The notes beneath the pieces are model-generated. The model searched no databases. It was not told the DNA's origin and was given only the letters and a program-made list of their open reading frames with translations. The position numbers and the translations under genes are program-made. From NCBI RefSeq assembly GCF_036321535.1, contig NC_087436.1:35466001-35530000 (forward strand): a DNA stretch of 64,000 nt, written 5' to 3'. Shown here one piece after another: positions 14,104-27,107 of the stretch (positions are counted from its first letter, which is position 1; each line of letters begins with the position of its first letter). Origin of the DNA: Camelus dromedarius (lineage: Eukaryota).

Positions 14104-14126
14104 AAAAAAAAAAAAAAAAAAAAAAA
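14104..14126. repeat. Poly(A) run within decayed L2 sequence
   Basis: Directly visible A homopolymer. Confidence 0.9.
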
Positions 14127-14468
14127 TCTATAGGCGACACAAACACACAGAGAGATAAAGACACTAAAATTCAGTAAGCAATAGGAATATGTTTAGAGTA
14201 CAATGTGAGCACAGAGGGAAGGTGCCAGAATCAGGTGGGGTTGGGGGTGGGTGGGGAGCTGGCTGGAAGGAACCTTGCACACCAGACGTGTGAAAAGGAA
14301 AGGGAGCACATGCTAGGCAGAGAACGGAAATGAACAACACAAACAATGTTGTCTGCAATGAGCAGAGTTCGTGGACTAGGGCTAGGTAAGGGTCAAGAAA
14401 TAAATAAATACTACGAGAAGCACTGGGAGATAAGGACGGATGGCTGAGCTGGGGCTGGATACAGATGG

Positions 14469-14955
14469 TGTAGTGCGTTGAATGGTAGCCCCCCCAAAAG
14501 ATATGTCTATACCTTAATCCCCAGAACCTGTGAATGTAACCTATTTGGGGAAAATAAAAAGGTCTTTGCAAACGTAATTGAGTTAAGGATCTTGAGATAA
14601 GGAGATCATCCTGGATTATCCGGATGAAGCTTATAACTGATGACAAGGTCTTTATATGAGGCAGAAAGCTATCTGATGCAGAGGAACAGGTACAGAGGAG
14701 AGGAGGAAGCCCTATGAAGACCGATGTGGAAACTGGAATTTTACAGCCACAAGAAATCGAGAAATGCCAACAGTTACCAGAAGTTGTAAGAGACAGAGAA
14801 TGGATTCTCTACTAAAACCCGAAGAGGAAGCATGGCCTTCCTGACACCTTGATTTTGGACTTTTGTCTTCCAGAACTGTGAAAGGATACATTCTTGTTGT
14901 TTTAATCCACCTGGATTGTGGTAGTTTGCTATGACAGCCTTAAGAAACTAATAAA
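14469..14955 (+). mobile_element. MLT1C-like MaLR solo LTR, nested in antisense L2 remnants (about 13.8-15.1 kb)
   Basis: tgtagtgcgttgaatggtagcccccccaaaagatatgtc...cagaacctgtgaatgtaacctatttgg...gacaccttgattttggactt...ccagaactgtga...gacagccttaagaaactaata. Confidence 0.9.
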
Positions 14956-16845
14956 GAGGACCCTGAGTTCCATGCTGAGTTCAGGCTCATTTCTGATGGC
15001 TAATGATTTTATTTTGCTGTAAAGTTGGTTTAAAAGTGGGATGCAAGATTGATAGTTTCAGCAGGGATGATGGGGAAGGAAACCTTTTGGTAAACTATTA
15101 CAATAATTCAAGAAAGGGATCATAAGACTGTTGTCAAACATATCATTCTGAAAATCTTGAAACAACATAATTCTCATAGAAATGCATCGTCAAAGTTTTA
15201 CTGAGCTTATTAGTAAGGAAATCAACAGGATGCAAAGCCAGTCTGTCCTGCTGGTGCGTTACACTAAAGCACACTAACAAATGTATGTAGAGTCAGTAAA
15301 AGAAAAAAAGAAATCTGGAATGAGATTGCTAAATTACAACATCAAAAATAAAAACAAATTACTTTCCTTAAAAGTCAGAAATTGTAAACTTTGGATTATC
15401 TTCTTTACTGGGCTGAAACCATTTGCGTTACTACCCCAAAAAAATAAAAGTGCACCTTCTTTGTTTTCTACAAGCTAATATTTATGCTTACAAAACTGTA
15501 AAATGTTCCCATGGATACCAGTAAACAGCAAGTCAAGGAAAGTTACATTCTTAAGAGAGATGAGTTTTGGGTGATTATGTTAGGACCAAACTGTAGCTTA
15601 ATAATGAAAATCATGTCATTATCTTTTTTTCCCAAGTTTTGGGTAGTTTTTCTTAATATTTGAGACTCAAGTTGAGTCAAAAATAGAGTGAAAAGCATGT
15701 ATTTTAGAGAACTTGCAAAGAGAAAAGTTACAAGACTAGTACTCACCTCATTGTTAGGAGAATTACGTAAGTTCAAACGTGCAGAGCCCTCATGGGAACT
15801 CCTCCTCCAGTACTCCGTCATTATCTCACGTTATCTTGATGTCAAATTTGTTTAGAAAGCCTTCTAGGAGGATGTATTTTTAATAAAATGCATCTGTGCA
15901 TTTTTGTATTCCTATATTTAATAATATTTGAGTAGCTACTATGTATATAAAGTTACATGATACTTAATTGTATTGCTAAGGTTTAAAAGTGCTAAAAGTT
16001 TAACACGTGAAATGATACAAGAATAAAATATCATACAATAAATGTTAACTATACTTAATCAAATGTCAAAATATGTCATTCCCTTCTTATCTAGGTCTTA
16101 AATTTACAGTTGCTCATAATTTTTGTGTAACAGGGGAGTTAATGAGACAGGATTAGAAAGCTAACAAGACACTAGATTTCACAGATGACCAGGGAGGAGA
16201 ATCCTGCTTTTGCTTGAGCAGAACATAGAAGGGACAAAATTAGGGCTTGATGAATTCTATTCACATAATTTATCCTCAAAACAGACTTAGTAACAAGATG
16301 AACTTCCTTGGAAACGTGAAACAAACAGAGGTCTTTGTTGGCAGCTGATGAAAAATTATAATCATAATTTTTTGGTTAAATAAAACCATTTGATGATTTT
16401 AAAACGAGCCATAAATGTACTAGCAACTTCTATTTTAGTGGTTACACAGAAGAGGACTTTATGTCAACTTATGTGATTAAGTTTTGATTTTAACATTGGA
16501 ATATGCTTAGGACTGTATATATGATGTGACAAACATAGGAAACTTGTTTCCAGGATGCCGTGTCTGATCCATGATTTCAATGAAAGTGCTTTAAGTTAGC
16601 TCCCACAGTGCCTGGTTTACAACTATTGTAGCATTTCTGGTATTGTATCATCATTTTCTTCCTGTACCCTACAATGGGATGTTAGCTCCTCAAAGACAAG
16701 AGCCATGCTGCTTTCATCACAAAACTCATAGCACGGTGCCTGACACATCCTAGGTTCTCAACTAGTAATTGTTCAGTTGTAAAGGGATGGATCCATAAAT
16801 AAAACATTTGGGGCCACAAAAGCGTTTAAGGTCAGTTTGCTAAAT

Positions 16846-16849
<4 letters not shown>

Positions 16850-16902
<53 letters not shown>
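16850..16902. repeat. (AAT)n microsatellite
   Basis: About 17 uninterrupted AAT units. Confidence 0.95.
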
Positions 16903-16903
<1 letters not shown>

Positions 16904-17012
16904 CTCTAAAAGTGATTTACCTCTGTACAAAAGTTCTCTCAAAGGGAAATATTACTAGAAGTTTCTAATCCAAAGCGTTAAAACATTTACATGGACATAC
17001 AGAGATACATAT

Positions 17013-17135
17013 TGAGGGGAACCAGGATGTGCCAGTCCAAAATAGGCGTCTTTGGCATATTGGTTATTTTGAATTACAGGCACTTGAAATGAACAGCAGG
17101 TGCAAAGGCACTCTGACCCTCTTCTGTTTCCCTTG
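17013..17135 (+). mobile_element. 5' fragment of a MER34-like ERV1 LTR
   Basis: tgaggggaaccaggatgtgccagtccaaaataggcgtctttggcatattggttattttga... resembles the MER34/MER39-group LTR start. Confidence 0.65.
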
Positions 17136-18129
17136 TGTCTCGTGCATTTTCCCCTGCAGGTGACTTGATATCCATCAAACAATGACCATAGTTCCAAAGC
17201 ACATGAGGCTGCAACATTCACTCTGTACTTAAAGAATAGCTGTACAGGGACGGTGAATTAGGGCTCAAGACCAAGATATTTAAGCAAGAGCCAACAGGGT
17301 GAGTATGTCAAATTTTAGGGACAATAAAATTCAAGGAAAGGTTAGGAGCTTGGGGAGCCTTCATTAATCAGGCAGATACCAGAAATCAAAGCAGAACTAC
17401 ATACGCACGAGCGTATGCAGGAGGGCCGGAAGCAGGGAATCTGGCCGGCCAAACATACGGGGTTAGCGCCATTTTACATGGAGGCTGTCCTAGCCAATGA
17501 AATTTTCTTGAAATTGGGGGAATTGGGGAAACCTCAGCATATGTTCTACAGAAGCAGGAAAAAGAGCAGTGTACTTCTATGACAACCCCCGTCTACACAG
17601 ACAGAGAGGATTCAGTGAGACGTTAAATGATGTCTACAATTGGAGGTGAAAGCTAAACGCTATTTCTGACTCAAGAATACCAAAGCAGAGCTCTGAAAAA
17701 TTTCAATGAATTTTTTTAAGTAATTCTTTTGATTAGCTACATATGTCAAGGTCCCAGAAATATCCGTTAAAAGACACCAGACAGACAATACAGAGCTAAA
17801 GTTTCAGCCACACTTGCCTTCACCTGAGCTGGATAGATTGCCTGTTATGTAAGCGTGTCTTGAATTCTCCATTTCATCTTATGAGTCAATTTACTGAGGC
17901 CTGAAATTAAAGATGGTATAACACAATATAAAATGTTGTTATTTAATCAGGAAAGATCCAAATCCCTTAACAGGATCAGCATGCAGTATAAAGTCTCAAG
18001 TGAGGGACTCCTCACAGTAAGGTGAAGGAAACAGGCAGCTCAAATGCAAAGGGGCTCGAGGAGACAGCACAAGTTTAAGGAAGTTCGATTCTGTTGACCA
18101 TATGATAGGTACTTAATACTTTGAACATG

Positions 18130-18492
18130 GTATTCCCTTTACATGGAATGTGGTTTTTGACACTCTTGCTCCTTCGTGCAATTAATTCATCTTAACTTGC
18201 CCTTCAAATTTCAGTTCAAGTGCCTTTCCTTTCTTGAGGGAAGCCTTATCTCATCCTGAGTAAGTTTCTTTACTCAGATACAGTCTTGTCTCCTTCCTTT
18301 ATGTCACATACTTCAATTTTTAACCATAAAACCCCTTGTGCAATTATTTATTGATGTCTTTATGCATAATGTCATAGTGGAGACTGCGTCTCTCTTTGTT
18401 CGCCACTTAAACTGTCCTACCTAGAATATGGCTTTTTCATATGCTGTGATTCAAAAATATTTCTCGAGCGCGTGAATGAATGAATAAATGAA
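18130..18492 (+). mobile_element. L2 LINE 3' fragment
   Basis: ccttcaaatttcagttcaagtgcc...gggaagcctt...gactgcgtctctctttgttcgccac...aaatatttctcgagcgcgtgaatgaatgaataaatgaa, ending in the L2 (TGAA)n tail. Confidence 0.7.
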
Positions 18493-21364
18493 CGTCATCA
18501 CCAACAGAAGCCACTGTTGTACTTAACTCCAATTAAAACGAGTAGAATACAACCATTTGTCCATAAAGACAAATAGAAAAAAAAAACAGCCTAGGAAAAA
18601 TTCAGAGGTCAGTTAAAGAGAGACAAATACAAACTACTATTAAAACTTCTACTTCCAGAAAAATAAATCAGTTAAAATCAGTGACTCCTGTTTCTTTAAG
18701 GCAATGCCTCCTCTAAACCCAGTTACTGCAATCAGATCATGTAAGAAACAGGAAGACAGTACAGTAATTTAGCCCTGCCAAGGGAGGGTGCTTTAAAGGT
18801 GGCTTCAGTCATGTTCCCTTTATACCCAGTAGCGGTGTCCCCCTCTGGAGTTTCCAGTCATAACTGTAATGAGGAGAGTTGGAGAAAAACTCAGTGAAAA
18901 TGATTAAAGAGCCAAAAAACACAGACACCATGATGAAAGGCTAAAGGAATCAGGATTATTTCATCCCCAGAAAAGGTTGGCAGATTCAGTGATGGAATGG
19001 TATGGATGGCGAGCAGCTGTTCTGCATCCCAGGAGCGTAGGTAAGGGAGGAAGGCTTCAAGTGCAGCCTAAGAAAGGACTCCTCCCCTCCACCCCCACAT
19101 ACCTTCTACCCCAGCGCCCCGTGTCTCAGGTGGCCTCCCACGTCTCAGTGCTAAACCTCTTCCATCTCTTTTTTCATGGCCCTCCTTAAAAGTCCTTGTA
19201 AAAAAGTTTCCCTGATTATAAAAGCTGGGTGAAGACTCTTCCACGCAGCTACGCTCACTCTCTCCAGCAATTATTTGAATCTGTTGTTTCTGAAATCTTT
19301 TCAAATATTTGTTTAAGACAGGAAGTCTCAAAAGGGTCTTTCATGTCTTTAATGTCTTAAGTCAATAGCAAAACTATTTGGTGTAGATGACACGTATTTT
19401 CCATAATATGGGGGATATACACCCAGCAAGACACAGTTTTTAAGGGCACTGATGCCAGATTATGTTGTTGCCTGTGGCTTAACTCTAAATTCCTTCTCTT
19501 ATCATTTCAGGCTCTCCAGCAGTTGCAGTCCTGACTGGAGGCAGATGAGGGAAGACCGAGAGAATGAGGTTGCATCTCACATCTCTCACAGATCCTCGAA
19601 ATAATAATAGGCTCATCAGTCTTCACTGAACCACATATGATAACCGGATTATTGCATGAACTTTCTCCCCAAACCCTAGGCTCTTTCCCCCTTGTTGATA
19701 CTGGCAAGTAATAAAACAACTATATAAAAGTTCAAATTGAATGAGGATGAGCGGAATTCAGAACATCTTATCTGACGAAAGTATTTGTAGCCACTGATAG
19801 ACCTGAGTAACATTTTCAAGCAGAATGATTATTTTCCATTACGGATTCACCACCCCAAACTATCCTTAAGAACCCATGATTTGGGGCTTTATTCACATAG
19901 TGTACAAAGGAGTGCTTAAGATTCATTATAAATCTTAAAGCATGGTGCAACAATGTATACAAAGTTCAGCAACTTATTTTACAAGAACTCAAGTAAATTT
20001 ATTTTAACATCAATAAATAAACAACATATCAAACGAGCAGAGAATCAAAACTTTCATCTACTTTTATCCAGGAAATTTAAAAACGAAATCCTTAGCAGAG
20101 TCACAATTCTTTATGAAGACAAGATAGAGACATCTCAAGTTCTTAAAATTCTAACGATGATTTATGTTTTGAATTTTAGTTGTGTGTGCTTATGTATGTA
20201 TATGCATGTGTGTCTTAGCTGAAGAGGAGAGGTGTCATTTTCATATGAGTCAAATTAATTCTTGAAAATATATAAAAAGATCTATCTTTGCACCGAAAAA
20301 ATTAGAACCCAAAGGGGAAAATATGAAAAAAATCAGATAAAAAGGGGATTATCATAAGGCCTGACTTACAATCTTATGTGCACTGTTCAAGTATTCCAAC
20401 AAGCCACATATATCCTTTGTGTGATTTTATTTTCATCACACAGAAGTGAAGAAAACAGAAGTTATGAATAACAAAATCACCTAGCACCACTCAATTGAAA
20501 ATAAAAACCAATCCAAGCAACTTTGGGGATCAGTGCTAACAAACAATTTAATTTCATGTGACCAATTTTGTAGCATTTTTTCTAGAACCAATGAAGTCTG
20601 CCACAGTATTTTGTCTTTTGGTCTGCATTTATAGAACAGATTGGGGGGAAAAATTCCTGTCAGAGTCCAACAAGAAAGAATTTGTGCAATGCCTCCAAGT
20701 TTCTAATTGTATAAATATTCATGTTTCCAAACTGCAATGTAATAATTAAAGTAGTGTGTTCTCCTTCAAGAAAACCCACATTTCATAATGGACAACGTTA
20801 CCCATGGTAACATGGACAGAAGTGCATTTCTGTGCTCTGTTCCACATGCTTTTCATTTAGTATCTAAAAATGATACAGTCATGTGATAGGCAATCCAAAA
20901 AAGCAAGTTGATGGAAAAAGGCCTTGGAACTTAATATATTCTTAATAAAATTTTTTTAATCAAAATAGATTAAAGTTTAAATTTAACCAGGTCATGACTC
21001 CTTCCTCAAAGTAGCATAAGAAAGTTTCACCCAAGCTTAAATAATCAGTGGCCCTTTGTCCATGTGATAGACTAACACATGGGCAAGAAACACAGCTGCC
21101 TGTTTGGCTAAATTAAATGCACTTCTCTAGTACAAGGGCTCTCAGAAGAGTCTTTCTTATAAATAAATGGCTACGAGTGGCCACCATCTCACTGGTCTCC
21201 CATGTTTTTCCTCATCCTTATTGTTCCCTTCCCACTCTGCTCCTTCTACATCCACAGTCAAATAAGGTAAGTGGGAGAAGATCAAGCCACTTACTACTTC
21301 TAGTTAAATGGAATTACCACTGCAAACGGGAGCTGAACTGGGAGAAATGGGATGATCTTTTCAT

Positions 21365-21525
21365 GACAGCTACCTCTGATTGGGCTCCCGCCAAATACCC
21401 AGAAAGGTGTTGGACACGTCATGCATTGTCACCAATCCTTCTTGTCAACCTTAGGGTAGACACAGCAGAGACAACATTAGAAGCCAGGTCTCTCCTACTT
21501 CAAAGCCCATGTTTTTCCCACCATG
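21365..21525 (-). mobile_element. Degraded MIR fragment
   Basis: acagctacctctgattgggctcccg...gcattgtcaccaatcctt...agaagccaggtctctcctacttcaaagcccatgtttttcccaccatgcca. Confidence 0.55.
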
Positions 21526-24500
21526 CCAAATTCCCTTCCTTTGCAGGCTGTGCTGGAGCTCCAGAAAGGCACAGAATTCCAGTCTTCCAGCTGAATTACA
21601 CGAGTAAGCAAAACAGCTTTGCACCGTCAACAGAACCAAAAATGGAAGACAGTTTCTTGCCTGTTTGGAAGCATATGTCTTAAAGGTCAGTTGTACTCAA
21701 TACGGAAATGATCCAATGATTGTACGAAACAGGATCCCATCCACACTGATAACAGAAGCTAAACGACTTAAAGGGTCATATGGGAAGAGATCGCCTGTGG
21801 CTGCAGCTCTGTACATAACAGAGAAGCAGAACTCCAGTCTGAGGATGTTTAACTGCGGAAAGGGCACAGAGGGGCACAAGCAGCCGCAGGTGAGGACTTT
21901 GCCTGGATTGTGTATCTCAGGCAGCCAGCTGAGGATCGAGGAAGGGCACAGTGTAAACGTTCCCCATTCCAGGGGCTGAAGAACGTCAGCTGAATGTGGA
22001 GATGCTGAGGCAATGCCATCCCGCCTCACACTCAGGTGTCTCCTCCAGTCAGATCCATCTTTATTGTAACGTAAACCACAGGTAGCTCTGTTTACAGCTC
22101 TGTCCCTCTGGGGCACCAAGAGATCTTCCTGTGCGCTAGATGGACTGTCTGACAACTTACCTAGCTTCACAGACCAAATAAATGATGCTGTGTTTCAGAA
22201 ACTTCTACTCATATTAAAAAAGGAGAGTTTTCTTACTTCTTGTTGAGCAGAAACCAGTTATTTACCTCCTTAGCACTAGAATATTAGCGCAATTTTTGCA
22301 AAAACAAATATTTGCAAAAGAAATTCATGCAAAAGAGAATCCTTCAGTTTGAATTATAAGACAGTCTAAGAAAACAGGTGTGCTTTAATACCACTCTGAC
22401 CACACGGTTTGTGAATTACAGCAAATTGGCCTAGTACGATTATTGAAGCTTATTAATGTAATTCCCCAGAGAGTAGGCCTCGGTCTTACGTAATAATACG
22501 TAAAATAATCCTTAAAATGATTGATTTATTCCATTGTACATTTTAAAGTCATTTACAGTGTTTACTACCAACGTTACTATGTTCTGAGGACTTTCCACAT
22601 AAATACACTCATTATGATCAGATAAACACACATCGAGAGCTATTCGGAGCTGACATTACTGTAAGGCTGTCACAGTGGACAAAAATCTGCTGTCAATTTT
22701 CTGTAAGTGACAATAAAGACAATAGTTTGTCCATTAATTTGTTCCGGCTGCATATAGTATTGACATCATGAGTAGAAAAAAATCTCTACAAGAATAAACC
22801 CAACAGCAAGAAATGGTGCATATTTAAAACTCTATTATGTAACTTGCTATGGGAATATTTTTCTTGGACATCGACTATTATATAAATATTTTCATACATT
22901 TATGTTAAGTATATTTCTAGTATTCATATTGTTTGAAAGAAATCCCATCTTAAACTCCCTGAGAAATTTTGAAAAGAAATTTAAAAGTTCTCAAGTGACT
23001 ATGAAAACGAATATAACTTCTGTGGTCTCCGATTTCAACAGCCAGATTCACTGGCTTCACCTGATTTTCAACAACTAATTTCCCAGGTTTAAAAAAATAG
23101 TCCTTATAATAGCTAAGGTTTCCAATAAGCCGTTCTTTAGAGATCTGGCTTGGTAATTACTCCAAGCTCCAGAGGAAATGCAATATTTTCAACACATATT
23201 GAACAGCACACCTGTGTCCTCTGCACAGCCTGGCCTCCTGTAATCTCCATGCGAGTGTTTCCAAGCCCGTTGTGTCTTTGGGTCTCCTCCACTCATGGAG
23301 GGACACAAAAGGAAACGCTGTGATGTATGTTAATTGATGTTTGTCCAAGCATTATGAAGTAATAATCCACAGGAGCCACAGAAGCTTTTACAAGGCAAAG
23401 TCAAGGGAACAATCAAAGTTTTGAGTGGATTATTGCAAGTCCACACCCAGGCAAGGCTGACTTAGAGCTTTTCATCCTTCCACAATGATACTATAAATAA
23501 AGCTAAGAAATTTTTGTCCTCAGCTAATCCCCTCTATTATGTGGTCTTGCATTCTGTCTCACGCGATTGGTGCTGTCTACACGGCAAGCTCGCTGTGCGA
23601 CACGGGTAGCTTCCAGACCTGTCTGCTGGCTTCATACCGTAGCCCAGTGGAACCTTGAGGGCCTGGCATGTCCCCACAAGGCAAATCTCTGAAGTACAGG
23701 AAAAGAACTCACAAATCCAAAAAAAAGATAAAGATTTGGAAAGTTGAGGTTAAAATGCCCCAAATGCACCCTCAGGAAAAAACAAAAACAAAAACACAGA
23801 AACAACTAACTTTGAGGTGTTGCTCAATGGAACATTCCAGCTTTTGCTTCCATTTAGCAAAAATAAAACTACAGAGCGCTCATGTATAATATGGTATTCT
23901 ATGCTTCTCCTTCCAGTGATACAGAGAGCAAGCTTTAGCTGCCCCTAACTGAGGAATGAACAAGACTACACCATCGGCACAACCGGTGTGAACTGCCGTA
24001 CAAGCGCTTCGGCTGCGGTGATCCGTGTATTTGCACACCAAGGAAAGGCGTGATGTGACTTCCTCCTGTGTGATTCCTTGTTTATATAAAAGGCCTCAAG
24101 GCATTAACAACTTTATGGCTCACCTAATTCCTTAGAATTACACAAATATATATACGTTGTAAGAAAAATAAATTAAGCCACACCTCCAGGCCATGCTCAT
24201 TTCAACTGCCTTTAGTCATTATTATTTTGTCCTTTAAAAAAGTCAGTGACTGTACGGTGCACCTGCGTGAGTGTGTTGCAGAGGTCCCTCCCACGTGGCA
24301 GGAAGCCCACTGCGCCATCTGTTTGGTCCTGATACAAAGCTAACAATCATGCCTGGTTTAAGACAGACAATAGGGAGTCATCATATTCATAACATGGTAA
24401 ATATAAGTTGATATGGGAAGTATTTAATCTGTTCTCGTGCCACCACTCTGGGGAAAAAAAAAAAAGGGATAGACATTTTATAGAGATTGTTTAGAAATTC

Positions 24501-25559
24501 TCCACACCATGCCATGGAGTATCAGGGTTTGTGACAATAAGCTCATATACACTGGAAACATGAAATAACTATCTGTTAAATTAATGAATAGATATCAGGA
24601 AAACACAACAGTGCGTGTGTGTGTTCTCAGTTGAATAAAAGAGTTAGGATGGAGGAATTTTAAGGAAGATGATTCCAACATAAGAGTGGATAGAAGAATC
24701 AATGTCTACGTTACTGTCTACAGACATGAGTTCTCTTAATTAAGAAACTCAAAAAGAGATGTTTGCTTTATTACTAATGAGAAAAGGGACTAGCTGTTTT
24801 TGGGTCAAATGTTCGTCCAGTGACTGGGAAGCTGGAGGAGGTCGTGGGGCCATGCTGCTTCCCCAGGGCTGTGGAATGGTGAGTTTTCCTAAAAAGGGAT
24901 ATGAGCAGGGCAGGCAATGAAATGGATTCATAAAGATACGATCAAGATAAAGTTCCAAGAAAAAAAATCAGAGAAACATTTATGCACAAATTTGAAAAGA
25001 AAATGATCAGCCTTACAGAAAATGTACCCAGGCTGCGAGGAGGAGTGGTTTTATAACTAGACACTTCATAATTTGGGGAAGGGCAAGGATTATACTAATA
25101 TTTCAAATGCACATGAAATGGCCTGTTTCCAAGGGTCACCTAGAGAGGCTCACTTAGAAAAAGGCTTTAGTAAATAATCCCTCGTCTTCATGAAACCAGT
25201 ATTGCATGCGATTCTGAAAACCATGCAGCGTAATTGGTGGAGAAACCTGTCTGGCCTGGCAAATGTTACTTCAACCACTTCTCGTTTGTTTGGTAAAGGC
25301 CGGAACTTTTTTCATACTGAAAGGTAAGGGAACTAATTTTTTTCTTGAAATCAGAAGCTGCTTTCCCTTTTGAGCCCGCCCAGCGTGACTACTGAGCGGT
25401 GACTAAGGGAAGATCTTGGAGCAGGGAAGGTGTTCCGACAAAGACTGAACCTGGCAAAGGGGGCTTCCCACTGCCTAGAGACGTAAGCCCGACGGCATAT
25501 AAGGCTGGTCTATGATCACTTCTTTCCATCCTTCTACATACATTCTGTGCTTTATGCAT

Positions 25560-25900
25560 ACCAGGGGTCAATTTATTCCTCCAATGCACCTTTCAGGACC
25601 CCATGCCTTTGCCTGCACAGCTCACTCTGCCTCGCTTGCCCTTTGCTCTCTTTCCCAACTAGTGAATTCCTGCTCACGTCCCAAAGCCCCAGATCGAATA
25701 TGTCCTTTCTCTAGCTCCTCCTTATTCCCTGGGTACTGTTAACACTCTTTTAGCATTACATTTTTCACATCGTCCTGGCTGTTTATGTACCTCTGTCCTC
25801 TGAGACACTGAGCACTTGAAGATCAGGACATTCTCTTATTTATCTTCATGCTCCTAACATGGTACCTACATATAGTAGGAGATCAACAGAGGTTGGTTTT
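25560..25900 (+). mobile_element. L2 LINE 3' fragment
   Basis: caggaccccatgcctttgcc...gtttatgtacctctgtcctc...gagcacttgaagatcaggaca...tatttatcttcatgctcc...acatatagtaggagatcaaca. Confidence 0.7.
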
Positions 25901-26434
25901 GTAAGGAAAAAAGAAGATGCAATTTAGAGAATTAGAATATTCATGATAAAAGTCATTAAGAGAGAGAGGATTTTGGACAATTTTGAATGTCTACCAAATC
26001 CTTCCACCTCCCAATAAAACATGTCTAATTTTCGCAACAGAAAGAAAGATAACATTTGTTTTTTAAAATTTGTGACAACGTGTACATGGTTTAAAAAAGG
26101 AAGAAAAAAGGTAAACACATCGCAATGCCCAAGGGAGGACACAGCCTCACACCCATCAGTGTTTATCAAAGCAAGGAGCCCTGAAGGTGGGCTTTGCCAT
26201 CGAATGAAGGACATCAAGGTTAAATGTCATTAAAAAAAAGAAAAAGAACTCAAGGTGAAGCTGGGAGTGACAGCAGAATTAGCCTCACAAGATTTCCAAG
26301 AGGCAGAAAAACTAAGAGCAGCAGTGACAGAAAGTGGCAAATGAGCTGAATCAGACACCAGTCCCGCAGCATGCCTCTCATGGCCGTGACCACCTGCACC
26401 GCGGGTGCCTCTCATGGCCATGACGACCTCAGCT

Positions 26435-26640
26435 AGGAGTTCAAAACACAGAGTCCAAAGCTTCACCCCCTGGTTTTGAGTTCTACCATTTACCAAGTAT
26501 GTCACCTCAGGAAAATTACTTACTCTCTCTGTTACTTAGATTTTTTAAAAAGGAGGATGCTGAGAGTATTTATCCCATCATCCCTCATCCCATTGCTGTG
26601 AGGTTAAATGGGGAAGCTCATGTCAGGACTCAGAAGTGTG
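26435..26640 (+). mobile_element. MIR SINE
   Basis: cctggttttgagttctaccatttaccaagtatgtcacctcaggaaaattacttactctctctg...ttgctgtgaggttaaatg. Confidence 0.7.
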
Positions 26641-27107
26641 ACTGTCAAAAGTGATCTTGATGATCTTCCTTTGGGAGGGTCTGTTCTGGCAAAGTATAGG
26701 TTGTACATGTCATAACACCATAGCCCTAGGGGCATAAGACAAAGATGTACAACCAGAGAGTAATCTCTGCTTTAAACAACCCACCAGGGATCTGATACCC
26801 AGTGAATCCCTTAAAACATGTAGTACTAATTTCCTTTTGCATGGAGGACCTAAAAAAAGTAAGTTAAGCCACAGGGGCTTAAACAAAGTTAAGTTTGATG
26901 CCCAAGCTATGGAGCGAAGGAAGTCAAGTTCTCCAGCAGACCTGGACTGGGAATACAGGCAGGCAGTGGTGTTCTCATGGCTTCACCATTCTTCTATCTG
27001 TACACAAAATCATCAAAGTATAGGAGGAAAGTTGGGGCTCTGAAACAAAGTAGACCTGGAGTTAAATCCTGGCTCTACCAATTACAATGTATAAGGATGA
27101 ATGTCAG

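Noticed and set aside
14164..14646. 160-aa minus-strand ORF
   Set aside because: It runs through the MLT1C LTR and L2 remnants, so it is a chance open frame.
7777..14955. Two MLT1C-like LTRs as ends of one element
   Set aside because: They are in opposite orientations, are diverged, and have no MaLR internal sequence between them, so they are independent solo LTRs.
21117..21683. Longest ORF in the track (188 aa)
   Set aside because: No recognisable domain, it overlaps a MIR remnant, and its composition is typical of translated non-coding DNA.
21697..22170. 157-aa minus-strand ORF, and similarly 2193-2657 and 30497-30907
   Set aside because: No homology that I recognise and no convincing paired splice boundaries.
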